From NCBI RefSeq assembly GCF_001194135.2, contig NC_068986.1, forward strand, positions 34,763,906 to 34,827,905: a stretch of 64,000 nt of DNA. Reading direction: 5' to 3'. This DNA is from Octopus bimaculoides. Taxonomy: Eukaryota. Position 1 is the first letter of the stretch; each line of letters starts with the position of its first letter. Shown here in pieces: positions 1 through 11,286 of the stretch. A model generated the notes under the pieces. That model made no database searches, was not told the DNA's origin, and was given only the letters and a program-made list of their open reading frames with translations. Made by a program: the position numbers and the translations under genes.

Positions 1-168
1 TGCGATATTGAAAAAACACTGATTTAAGAGAAAATAGCAAAAGACCCACCGGTAGGACTCAATCACATACTTGCATTCCAAAATCCCTGCAAATTTTAAG
101 ATATTTTCAAAATCAGTTGAAACACATAAGCAGTATATTTCCCCCACCCCCTTTTAGATATAAATAAT

Positions 169-535
169 GGTGCGGGCATGGCTGTGTGGTAAGAAGTTCA
201 CTTCCCCACCTGATGATTCTGGTGGTGGTGGGGTGTCAATCCCACTGTTTGGCATCTTGAGCAAGTGTCTTTTTCTATAGCCCTAGATCAACTTGTGAGT
301 GGATTTGGCAAATGGAAACTGAAAGAAGCCTGTTATGTGTGCGTGCATGCATTACATGTCGTGATGTCCTTCATTCATCTTCTGTGCCCTTTCTGGTCAA
401 GGGGAATTATAACCTTTCTTGGAAACAGGCGAAGGTTTGCTACAGGAGGAGCATATAGCTGTAGAAAATATGCCTCAACAAAATTCAATCTGACCCATGC
501 AAGCATGTAAAAGTGGATGTTAAAATAATGATGGT
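169..535 (+). mobile_element. tRNA-derived SINE, family A head joined to an RTE-type (GAT)n tail
   Basis: Head GGTGCGGGCATGGCTGTGTGGTAAGAAG recurs at 548, 7665 and in many minus copies. The 3' part (...CCCATGCAAGCATGTAAAAGTGGATGTTAAAATAATGATG) matches the tails at 42110 (rc) and 55425-55670. Confidence 0.8.
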
Positions 536-547
536 GTGGTATATATA

Positions 548-925
548 GGTGCAGGCATGACTGTGTGGTAAGAACCTTGCTTCCCAACCACATGGTTCTG
601 GGTTCAGTCCTACTGCATGGCCCCTTGGGTAGCCTCAGGCCAACTAAAGCCTTCTGGGTGGATTTAATAAATGGAAACTGAAAGAAGCCCATTGTGTGTG
701 TGTAAATAAGAGTAATCTACACAGTGTGTGTGTGTATGTCTTTGTCCCCTCATTACCGCTTCACAACCAGTGTTGGTGTGTTAACGTCCGCCTTAACTTA
801 GCAGTTTTGCAAAAGAGACTGATAGAATAAGTGCTAGGCTCAAGAAATAAGTCCTGGGGGCAATTTGTCCAACTAAAACTCTTCAAAGTGGTGCTCCAGC
901 ATGGTCACAGTCGAATGACTGGAGC
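548..925 (+). mobile_element. tRNA-derived SINE family A, full bipartite copy
   Basis: A-box-like TGACTGTGTGG and B-box-like GGTTCAGTCC, central (TG)n, second half ending GGTGCTCCAGCATGGTCACAGTCGAATGACTG. Collinear with 7665, 51417 (rc) and 53808 (rc). Confidence 0.85.
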
Positions 926-943
926 ATATATATATATGTATGT

Positions 944-1232
944 ATGGCTATTAAAATTCACAACAGAACATGTGCAAAATGTGGAAGGGTGTGCCTCTCA
1001 GTTGGCGGTCTAAAAAGACATGTTAAGGGAGTGCATACGGTGGCACCTGTTTCTCCTTCCTGCCAGCACAATTGTCTAGTATATAATAAAATGAGTAAAA
1101 GCTTGGCCAGGCTTAAAAGTCATAGAAGGGCATCACATGGCAACAATCATGAATCATTTCGGTTAGTCTTCTTGGCAATGGCTTTTCTCGTGTAACGAGG
1201 TTGCCGCTGCAATATATATATATATATATATA
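944..1232 (+). pseudogene. Two C2H2-like zinc fingers followed by a short 3' UTR and (TA)n; probable 3' end of a non-LTR retrotransposon ORF2
   Basis: C-AK-C-X12-H-X4-H, then C-LV-Y-X12-H-X4-H (second Cys replaced by Tyr, TAT). No TGEKP linker. Stop at 1193-1195, then about 15 nt and (TA)n running into a gap. Confidence 0.55.
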
Positions 1233-1721
1233 NNNNNNNNNNNNNNNNNNNNNNNNNNNNNNNNNNNNNNNNNNNNNNNNNNNNNNNNNNNNNNNNNNNN
1301 NNNNNNNNNNNNNNNNNNNNNNNNNNNNNNNNNNNNNNNNNNNNNNNNNNNNNNNNNNNNNNNNNNNNNNNNNNNNNNNNNNNNNNNNNNNNNNNNNNNN
1401 NNNNNNNNNNNNNNNNNNNNNNNNNNNNNNNNNNNNNNNNNNNNNNNNNNNNNNNNNNNNNNNNNNNNNNNNNNNNNNNNNNNNNNNNNNNNNNNNNNNN
1501 NNNNNNNNNNNNNNNNNNNNNNNNNNNNNNNNNNNNNNNNNNNNNNNNNNNNNNNNNNNNNNNNNNNNNNNNNNNNNNNNNNNNNNNNNNNNNNNNNNNN
1601 NNNNNNNNNNNNNNNNNNNNNNNNNNNNNNNNNNNNNNNNNNNNNNNNNNNNNNNNNNNNNNNNNNNNNNNNNNNNNNNNNNNNNNNNNNNNNNNNNNNN
1701 NNNNNNNNNNNNNNNNNNNNN
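1233..1721. other. Assembly gap. Other N runs: 5030-5183, 6927-7378, 23347-23895, 32419-32461, 33314-33585, 37249-37258, 44641-45286, 46686-46695, 48718-49144, 54055-54064, 60346-60365
   Basis: N runs, mostly abutting microsatellites or SINE tails. Confidence 0.99.
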
Positions 1722-1990
1722 NTTTGTGTTTTGTTTCTTTTTTTTTTTCTTTTATAAATTTTAACTGTAATTTATCATCTTTAATTTACCAATACCTTTA
1801 TCATCGGCAAATAATCTCCAAAAAATCAAATAAGGAAATTTGTTAACCGATATCAATTTTGGGGGGGAAATATATTCTGTATTTTTTTTTTTTTAAATGT
1901 TTTGTTTTTATTCATTTTTTACTTACTCTCTTTCTAATTTCTACTATGAGTCATTAAAGTCATTATTCGGATAAAAAAATAATAATAATG

Positions 1991-2025
<35 letters not shown>

Positions 2026-2964
2026 GTATCTATCCATAAATGTATCTAGTAATTATATTTTATCACCAGACTAGGAAATGGGTCATTGATTAGAATGTTT
2101 TCATTAAAATTTTCAATCTGATTGGTTGTATATTTATGTTCTTGGTGAATGGCAAAACAGAATTTCTATATACACTCTTCACTTTATTCTATAGGAAAAC
2201 AAAATCAGAAAACAGCAGTTTTTCTATTTGTATTTTTACTCAATTTCCTGGCCTTTGTTAATTGCCTCATTGTTTCATTTATATTATCCTCACACACAAT
2301 ATATGTTATTTAACAACCAATAATGTGTTGTCATGTTCTCAGTTGTATCATTCTGGATGTTTTTCTTTCATTGGAAAGTGTTGACTAGTTAAAGAATTCT
2401 ATACTTAAGTATGATACTTGCAGACAGTTTTACTTGATTGGTATGTTTTCTTTAAAATAGAACGAAATATTTCTATTGACAACATATATTATCCATTGAG
2501 ATTGTGGTGCCATGTTTGTTTATGTTTATAGGTTCTACATTTTGTGTATAGTTTCTTACCCAGATGCCATAAATGGTATTCAAATTCAGAATTAGAGATG
2601 TTCATGTTTTAGCAATATAACTTATGTATGTATGTAAGTTGTAATTGAAATTAAAATTTGTAGTTGAAATTGAAGGTTGTAGATTTTGGTTTCATAGGAA
2701 CTTCTTGGAATGGAAACTCTGCAGCCAATTTACCTCAACTATTGTTAGCTATTATGTCTTTTCTGGAATTCAGCAGTAATACCTCATCAAGGAAACCTGC
2801 ACACTCTGCTATTTTAATAATTTTACCGATGCTTTTTGGTGGAACCAACAAAAATAGTGTAAAGCTATAAATGAATTTAGTTTTTGAGGAAACTTTGTAG
2901 TATCATCAAAATTGTAAGAAAAAAGGTTTAAGAATAGGAAGTAATAGTCTTTAGGCACCTTTAA

Positions 2965-3126
2965 CCAGATCCAACCTCTCACACATGTCATACAATGTCA
3001 TTCTAAAAAATATACAAACATACCAATTGAAATCTTGAAGCCACAAGATAATACGTGATTAATTCAAAACAATGTGAATAGATAAGCAATATATTTGACA
3101 AAGTAATCTGAATGCTAAAGGGTTAA
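2965..3126 (+). mobile_element. MITE family I, 5'-truncated
   Basis: Ends AATGCTAAAGGG-TTAA. Body matches 8486-8692 and 40501-40714. Confidence 0.75.
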
Positions 3127-3424
3127 AGTGTCAAAACTGTATGTAGGTTCTCTTTCTACAATATATAGAGGTTCAAATGTAACAGGTTCCGTTAATTTGG
3201 GTCTGAATATTCTCTTTTATATGGGTAATATTTTTGTAGCAGTTAAACCAGTAGGTTTTGACTTTCTAAGAGAACCATATGGTCAGCACTGCCTGATGAG
3301 TTGGGAGGCAAAACTCGGTTGCATTAGTGAAGTCCCAATTTCTATTACATTTCATATATTGCTTTATACTTCATATTGAGTATTTCTTTTTCTCGTGTTT
3401 GTGTGCATTAACGTACAGTCACTC

Positions 3425-3463
<39 letters not shown>

Positions 3464-4583
3464 CTACTACTACTACTACTACTACTACACATAGGTTGTA
3501 TGGAAAATTTCATCTGATTTTGATAAAAATTAGTAACCAATCATAAGTTAAGGTAAATATGAAAATTAAATATTCCCTGAGTTTTAAAGCAAAAGTAATG
3601 AATTAATTAATTATTAATTTATCAAAATTGGGTGAAACTTTCCATACGCTTCAAACACAGAGATACAGATACACAAACTCACACATACACACACTAGAAC
3701 GTTTTTTTTTGTGTGTGTGTGTTAAAAAAATCATTTTCACAAGCCAAGGTATTAATTTAATGTTTCCATCTTTCACATAACTCCCAAGTTTAAAATTGTC
3801 TCTAAAAGTTACACATGATTCATATCTATTTATTCATGTATGACAAATTCTTTTTTATTTTTGCTAAAAAAGATTTTATTTATTTATTTATTTTTTCTTT
3901 TAAATTTAACTATAGTAATAAGTATTATACATACAATAAATCAAAACCTTAACTGTTCATATTTGTTGCTATATTCCAAAATAATATTATTTCTGTGTGA
4001 ATTTTTCTCTCAGTTTTTGCAATTCGTAAAAATAAGCACATACAAGCATAAAACATATTTTCTCCATGCAATATTTGTATTTCTTCAGTAATATATTTAT
4101 TAGAAACCTAAGAGTATGAGCTAAACTTTAGATTTTGATTTCTTTTTTTTATGATCCTTTTCATGTATAAACTCATACACTTAACTTTCTTATAAATAAT
4201 AAAAAACAGAAAAAATACAAGGGAGATAAGTAAAATGAAAATTGGAGAAAATATATAGAGATATTATGTATAGAGAGATAAAAAGAACAAGAAGAAAAAA
4301 CAACAGTACCCTGTATAGATGTGTGTTTGAAATATTTATAAAATTCCTGTTTGTCGTCCCAAGATCTCCTTGTCTTTCCTTCTTTTCCTTCTTTGAATAT
4401 GTATGTGCCATATATACATACATGCATACATATATCTATGCATGTACACATTTGTGCAGATGTATGTGTGTATATATATATATTATAAATAGCATGCACA
4501 CATGTACACACATATGTGAGGGAATAAGAGTAAGAGAGACAGTGAAGGCTTGAAACAAAGAAGAGGAATCATATGTGTGTGTG

Positions 4584-4644
<61 letters not shown>

Positions 4645-4989
4645 TAATGAATGAGTGAATGTGCAATAATGCATACAAACTCCAGAAAAAATGTACTGTA
4701 TATAAGGTTTAGTGTTGTATAAAATTTAATCGCAGGCAAAAGTTTGAAAGCTTGACTCTGAGTTTTGCTTTTATTTTAAGCTACTACCAAAGTTTTAACT
4801 TTGATTAAATATTTTAAATATATATATATTTGCATACATCATTATATGTACAGAGGCAGTATCATATATATAGCTAGTGTGGTTTTTATCTCAGATGTGG
4901 TTATTACAAGTTGGAAACTAAGATTTCAGATATATATGTACATATATATGTATGCACAAACATATTTTATATATATACATACATACATT

Positions 4990-5029
<40 letters not shown>

Positions 5030-5424
5030 NNNNNNNNNNNNNNNNNNNNNNNNNNNNNNNNNNNNNNNNNNNNNNNNNNNNNNNNNNNNNNNNNNNNNNN
5101 NNNNNNNNNNNNNNNNNNNNNNNNNNNNNNNNNNNNNNNNNNNNNNNNNNNNNNNNNNNNNNNNNNNNNNNNNNNNNNNNNNNATATATATTTATGCATA
5201 CACATACACATGCATACACAAACTCGTACATAAATGCATATATTCATACTTGCACAAATAAATAAATAAATAAATATATATATATATATATCACATCAAT
5301 TTTACATAAATATAAATTCAATGTGTGTAGGTCTTTATAAATTCAAAAATGTATGTGTGTGTGCTCCAAAGCCTAGATAGTTTAACATGTGGACACAGCT
5401 CTGCCATATGTTATCCAATTTCAG

Positions 5425-5487
5425 CATTCCTATAGTTTGAATGAGAAACGGGATGATGTTGCCTCTAAGGATTTGAACAATGATTAC
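5425..5487 (+). CDS. Candidate 63-nt internal coding exon (HSYSLNEKRDDVASKDLNNDY), gene unidentified
   Basis: Acceptor ccaatttcag|C and consensus donor TAC|GTAAGTA. Length is a multiple of 3 and only phase 0 is stop-free. Confidence 0.4.
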
Positions 5488-6559
5488 GTAAGTACATTCT
5501 CAAACATTCCAATAAATAAAGATTATTATTTGTGATGAGTATAACAAACTGGTCGACAGAGTAACAGCCTGCCTGAATAGATGTTATTTGGTGTCTTTCT
5601 GAAGTTTTTAAACAATAGCTTCGACAACAAAACATAAGCAACAAAAATCCTTGTTTTTAAAATATATATATATGTATGAAATAAGTAATAATAAAAATAT
5701 TAAAAAGAATAATGGTAATAATTTGTTAAAGCCCCTGCATAATAAAAGTATTTTTCTTATGTGACATTACTAAAGATAATGGTTTAAAAGAAGATATATA
5801 TTATATATATATATATGGGGAAAATAATAAATCATGTTTTTATCATGGTGGTAAATGAAAACTCATTTAGTGTATTTATTAAACTGTGTTGTACATCTAT
5901 TGCTGTTTCAATTCATTCTTTGATTGCCTAAAGCACTTGTGTGTGTGTGTGTGTGTTTTTTTACTCCTTTTTTTGTTTTGTTGTTATTTGTACCACAATC
6001 CTTGCCTCTTCCCCACTCCCTCTCAATGTTGTGATCTATCCAATCTTGAGCCTTCTTTTGCATGTATTGAACCTGAGCTCAAATCTTAACCTTTCCACCA
6101 ACCTTCTTTTTCTCCCTTGATTTCCCAGTTTCATCTCAATTGCATCTACACCTCTTCCTTTCTCTCTCTTTCTCTCTTCCCTTTATTATTATTTTTTCCC
6201 TCATTTTTCTCACCAGATTTTGTTTGTAATGTTTATAATTTCTCAGACAGTAAATATGTATTGTTTTTCTTCTTCTCTTTTTTTGTTATTCAAATGTTTT
6301 GTGTAAAACAATGATGTAAATTCATTGTAAACATTGTAAGTTGGTCGAAATTTAGTGTTGTGTGTGTGCTTAGATGTAAAATACAAGAGAAAAAATACTG
6401 AGTTTATGCATTAATTCCTGACTCTGCTTCAACAATTATGTGTGAGTGCATACGTGTGCACACATACATGCATGCATGCATATATCTATGTAAACACGCA
6501 CAGAAACAAGGAGATAGTGAAAGTAATTGATGTGTCTTAGTTTTGTCGTTATTGTGGTT

Positions 6560-6757
6560 AGATGGCAGAACCATTAGCATGCTGGACAAAATACTTAGTA
6601 GCATTTCATCTATCTTTGCATTCCGAGTTCAAATTTTAGCTTGATCACCTTTGCCTTTCATCCTTTCAAGGTCATAGAATAAGTAGTAGCCAAGTATTGG
6701 GTTGATGTAATCAACTCAACTTCAAAAGCTGTGGACCCTGTGCCAAAATTTTGAAAC

Positions 6758-6823
<66 letters not shown>
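6560..6823 (+). mobile_element. tRNA-derived SINE family B with (ATT)n tail
   Basis: GGCAGAACCATTAGCATG...GAGTTCAAATT...TTTGCCTTTCATCCTTTCAAGGTC...GAATAAGTA...TGTGCCAAAATTTTGAAACC-(ATT)n, as in more than 25 other copies. The GCCTTTCATCCTT..GGTCGATAAAATAAGTACC core resembles, from memory, the Meta-SINE central domain. Confidence 0.85.
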
Positions 6824-6824
<1 letters not shown>

Positions 6825-7464
6825 TGCCTTGTATGTTGGACAATTCAAAAATTTGATTTCTCTATTTTCTGTTATGTAATCTGGCCAGTTCTGAATGTAA
6901 TGACTGTTTTTTTTTTTTTTTTGCCANNNNNNNNNNNNNNNNNNNNNNNNNNNNNNNNNNNNNNNNNNNNNNNNNNNNNNNNNNNNNNNNNNNNNNNNNN
7001 NNNNNNNNNNNNNNNNNNNNNNNNNNNNNNNNNNNNNNNNNNNNNNNNNNNNNNNNNNNNNNNNNNNNNNNNNNNNNNNNNNNNNNNNNNNNNNNNNNNN
7101 NNNNNNNNNNNNNNNNNNNNNNNNNNNNNNNNNNNNNNNNNNNNNNNNNNNNNNNNNNNNNNNNNNNNNNNNNNNNNNNNNNNNNNNNNNNNNNNNNNNN
7201 NNNNNNNNNNNNNNNNNNNNNNNNNNNNNNNNNNNNNNNNNNNNNNNNNNNNNNNNNNNNNNNNNNNNNNNNNNNNNNNNNNNNNNNNNNNNNNNNNNNN
7301 NNNNNNNNNNNNNNNNNNNNNNNNNNNNNNNNNNNNNNNNNNNNNNNNNNNNNNNNNNNNNNNNNNNNNNNNNNNNNNGTAGCACACATTGAAAAGTCTA
7401 GACATGTGCATAAATTGTTCAGACAAAATGTTTGTTCCACCCCCCTCTTCCACTACACATCCAT

Positions 7465-7502
<38 letters not shown>

Positions 7503-7664
7503 TTGTCTTCTTTTGTGCCAACCACTCAACATTGTATGTTGCAGTGCCTTGTGTTTCTGTGAGGGTTATTAGAGAACAAGATACAAGGTTCAGTCTTTTC
7601 AGTTCAGTTTGGTTGTGTAAGTATGGGTTCCCTTCATTTTTTTATTATCATTAATATTATTTTA

Positions 7665-8050
7665 GGTGCAGGCATGGCTGTGTGGTAAGAAAAAAGAAAC
7701 TTGCTTCCCAACCACATAGCTCCAGGTTCAATCACACTGCGTGGCCCCTTGAGCAAATGTCTTCTACTATAGCCTCATATCAACCAAAGCCTTGTGAGAG
7801 GATTTGGTAGACAGAAACTGAAAGAAGCCCATCGCGCATGTGTGTGTGTGTGTCTGTTCATCCTCCAACAATGCTTGACAACCAGTGTTGGTGTGTTTAC
7901 ATTCCCCATAACTTAGCAGTGTTTGTCAAAAGAGATTGATAGAACCGAGGTTAAAAACTAAAAGAGTGAGGAGTTGATTCATTCGAATAAAAATTCTTCA
8001 AAGCGGTGCCCTAGCCTGGCTAAAGTCTAATGACTCAAATAATTAAAAGA
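7665..8050 (+). mobile_element. SINE family A, full copy
   Basis: Collinear with 548-925 over head, central (TG)n and second half. Confidence 0.85.
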
Positions 8051-8485
8051 GAATTGATTTCTTTGTATTTGTTAGTGAGAATGGATAATCATGAAGTTGG
8101 ACACAAAGAGCATAAAGTGATGTTTCTTCCTCATGGTGTAAAAGACATATATTTGTAGATACAACTGTTATTATATTTAGATAGCTAAGTCAAGCAACAT
8201 TGATCATACCCAGATCATACCCAAGCAATCTACCCTCTGTGTGTGAATAAGAAGTTATGAGGGAGATAACTCTTATATTTATAAAATTTTTATGGATGAA
8301 AGAATTGTTATAGGTTGTCTAGTTCGTTACAGCAGTTCTAATCTTAGCTCTCTTTTTGAGAAAAGAACAAAAATAAACTAGTACCTATCAGGTAAAGAGC
8401 CATAGAGCAATTCAAGAAGCTACAATGCAGCACAGCTCTGGGTTGGTCATTTCCATGCTTCTGTTTCTTTTACTTTGGGTGTATT

Positions 8486-8692
8486 TTAACCAGTTTGTAT
8501 TTATACCAGCCATATTTGGCCCAAATATTCTCCCTGATTTATGTTCAAACTGGCCTGATCTGACCTCTCACATCTCCATTACAATGTCATTTTGAAGATA
8601 AACACTCACATTATCAAAGTATCGAAGCTAACGAGATAATGCATGATTAATTTAAAACGACACTAAATAGTAAGCTGAATGCTAAAGGGTTA
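8486..8692 (+). mobile_element. MITE family I
   Basis: Starts TTAAcc and ends GAATGCTAAAGGGTTA. Body homologous to 40501-40714. Confidence 0.75.
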
Positions 8693-9374
8693 CTGCAAAT
8701 GTAGCATTTTTTGTTTTTTCACAGCAACAAAAAGAAGTATATATTTTAACCTATAAATATAATTCAAACTATGGAGAATCATTTAGTACTTACATCTCCA
8801 TTCAATGAATGAATCATACTTAGCAGTATTTTATTTGTAAAACTTCAGTTTGTATTTCTCACCTTCGTAGCACTGTTTAGAAATCACTGGATTTTCGGCA
8901 TTTCACTGATAATGTCTGTTCCTCTTCCATTGTGTCACATATTCCTATTTATAAGACGAGTAGTTTAATATTGACTCGCTGGAGGAAAGCAATAAACCAC
9001 AAACGTCCATCTGCTGCCTCCCTTTTAATTAACTCCAGACATATTAACAAATTGTCCAAACATGACTTTTCACATGTAGAACTCACTCCACAGGCAGACC
9101 ACTATTATTATTAATATTAACATCGGTGATATGACAGAGGAATTGATGCGGAGGATAAATAGCAAAGCTGTTACAGTATCAAGTTCACTGCCATGTATTG
9201 TTCATTTCAAATTTGCCTGCAGTTGATTCAATCAGCTTGTTTCTTTTCCCTTTACAAAGAGAAGTGGGATATGTTTAAATTTTATTGTTGCAGCCTGTAT
9301 TTTCCCATCTCTACTAGCAAAGATACACTAAACCTGTTTATCTGAGGTGAAAGTGCCAGTCTCGAATTGTAATT

Positions 9375-9610
9375 GTTGCTGGGTGGTGTTGTTTAGCTCC
9401 AGGCTGCTGTTATAAAGCAGGCCTATGATCAAAGACTTACCAATTATATCCATCCCATCTTTTCCATATACCTTGGCTTATAGATATATAACTATAGATA
9501 TAGTTATATACTGAGACCTGTGTCTCCTGTTATTAAAAATGTTTGGTATGATTTAAAGAAGATTTTGGCTATTATTTCCTGTTGGTCAAGTGACTGTTTT
9601 GAAGGTCTCT
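9375..9610 (+). repeat. Interspersed repeat family K (unclassified); also 21330-21470 (minus) and 42925-43000 (plus)
   Basis: Shared TTGTTTAGCTC..AGG...AGCAG..CTATGATCAAAG segment. The 21.4 kb copy is more diverged. Confidence 0.55.
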
Positions 9611-10019
9611 GATTGACCTATCTTTGATCATAGTTAAAGAGTTTGGCCTAAGAGGCATTTGCTCTGACAATTTATGTAGAAACATCTTGATATGCAAATC
9701 TATCCTACCTATGGTACTATGAAATATTCATTAAATGTATATGAAAAATAATAATAAAGGTTATGGAAGACAGAGAACTTTTCTGTTGTGACTCTAAATA
9801 GGGGTTGCAAAGAAAGGGAATTGTATATTCAGAAGAACAGTTTGAAACTAATGTAATTCTGATATTTCTATATAGAAAACCAGCTTCCATTGAGGGATGC
9901 TTTCGTCTGGAAATGTAAGTGAAATGAGAAGCAGTATTAGCTGAAGAACATTCAAACTCTTAGATGATATTATAGTGGTTCTATAATTACAAGCATCGTG
10001 TATGTGTGAGATTCTTAAC

Positions 10020-10500
10020 CTTCATCTTTCATGCTAGCATGGGTTGGTTGGATGGATGGTTCAACAGGATTTCATGAGTTAGGAGACTGCATTGAGCTCC
10101 AATGTCTGCTGCTGGATGCTCTTCCTAATACTAATTCATAAAGTGTACTGAGAACTTTTTACTCATGTCAACTCTAGTGAGGTCACCAAGTAACTTGCAA
10201 GGCAACCTTTTGACTGAGTTGGAGAGTAATGTTGAGGAAAGATGGCTTTATTCCCGGTGTTGAGAGGGCTGAAGTAGGTAGAGAGATAGGAACAGGTGTA
10301 TTGCTGTTGAGATGACACATGACTACCCAAACTGGAAGGAGACAAAAGATGGTGGTGATGAGGCATTGGGACATACCCTCAGAGTACTTGAAAGTGTCTA
10401 TAAAAAGAAAATGGGGACATGGGATCAGAAAGGATAGTGGGCAGGTACATAAGTTCTCAAGGGTGTGAAAGGAGCGGGACGATGGACCGAAGGACAACCC
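10020..10500 (-). mobile_element. Family E retroposon 3' fragment with RTE-like tail
   Basis: CATGCTAGCATGGGTTGG...GGATGCTCTTCCTAA...GGTCACCAAGTAACTTGCAAG matches 43185-43530 and is the rc of 55425-55670. Confidence 0.65.
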
Positions 10501-11254
10501 ACTTATCAGCATCAAAATATGGTTTCTGAATAAAACTAAAGTAGTCAGTAGAAATATTTGGTCAGCTTCTGTATAGTTTAAGAACGCAGTTCATACGAAG
10601 ATCAAAGATGTTCTTTGTGTATATTGCTATGGTCACCTTCTACAGACTGACACTTCTGGTATATGGACATATCATGTTGATACAGCAATTGTAGGAGTCA
10701 AGAATGTCATCTTTTTATATAATGTTGTCGTGAATTCAAGCTAAGCAGAGGAATCAAGCAGTGACCAATGAACCTTCAGAATGCAATGTAAAGGAGAGAG
10801 ATGAAGGAAATGGTGACAGAAGACAGTATTATCTCCATTATGCATTTGAGTAATTTGAATGTTTCCTTACTCTCCGGTTTCTTTAACTTGAATCAGATTC
10901 TAGTACAATACGATCCACTGTTTGCCAGTTTGCTTCCTTACCTCTGTACATGCATGGACGGACGGGTGGACACACACACTCACACACATTGATTCAGAAG
11001 TTATTTACTATAAAATGGTTAACATCCAAGATCTTAATATGTCTCACCTCATTACTCCACTACACTCGTTAACCTCCCCTCTGCTCCCACCCACCCACTC
11101 ACCATCAACTCAGGGGGTTCCAGGATTAACTAGTCTCCAGCCGCCTGGCCCACCCCAGGCAAATGGACTAGGAATGCCCTTTCAGCTAGACAGGATTATG
11201 ATATATTATTGTGCTGTACCATTTTTAGGACAATGATTTTTCTCTCTCTCTCCT

Positions 11255-11286
<32 letters not shown>

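Noticed and set aside
1201-1764. Long track ORFs containing X runs (also at 4801-5265, 6711-7525, 23179-23996, 33305-33667, 44534-45408, 48562-49170)
   Set aside because: They are open only because N gaps contain no stop codons.
3293-3320. CTGATGAG followed by a GAGTT/AACTC stem as a hammerhead
   Set aside because: There is no downstream GAAA or NUH in register and no stem I.
4173-4678. ORFs rich in YI, HT or CV dipeptides here and across the window (e.g. 29955-30201, 53981-54264, 56101-56588)
   Set aside because: These are translations of (TA)n, (CA)n and (GT)n microsatellites.
11190-11236. Resemblance of MIYYCAVPFLG to the vertebrate Islet-2 N-terminus (MVDIIFHYPFLG)
   Set aside because: Only four identical residues in a row, followed directly by a stop, and no LIM or homeodomain exons are seen in the window.
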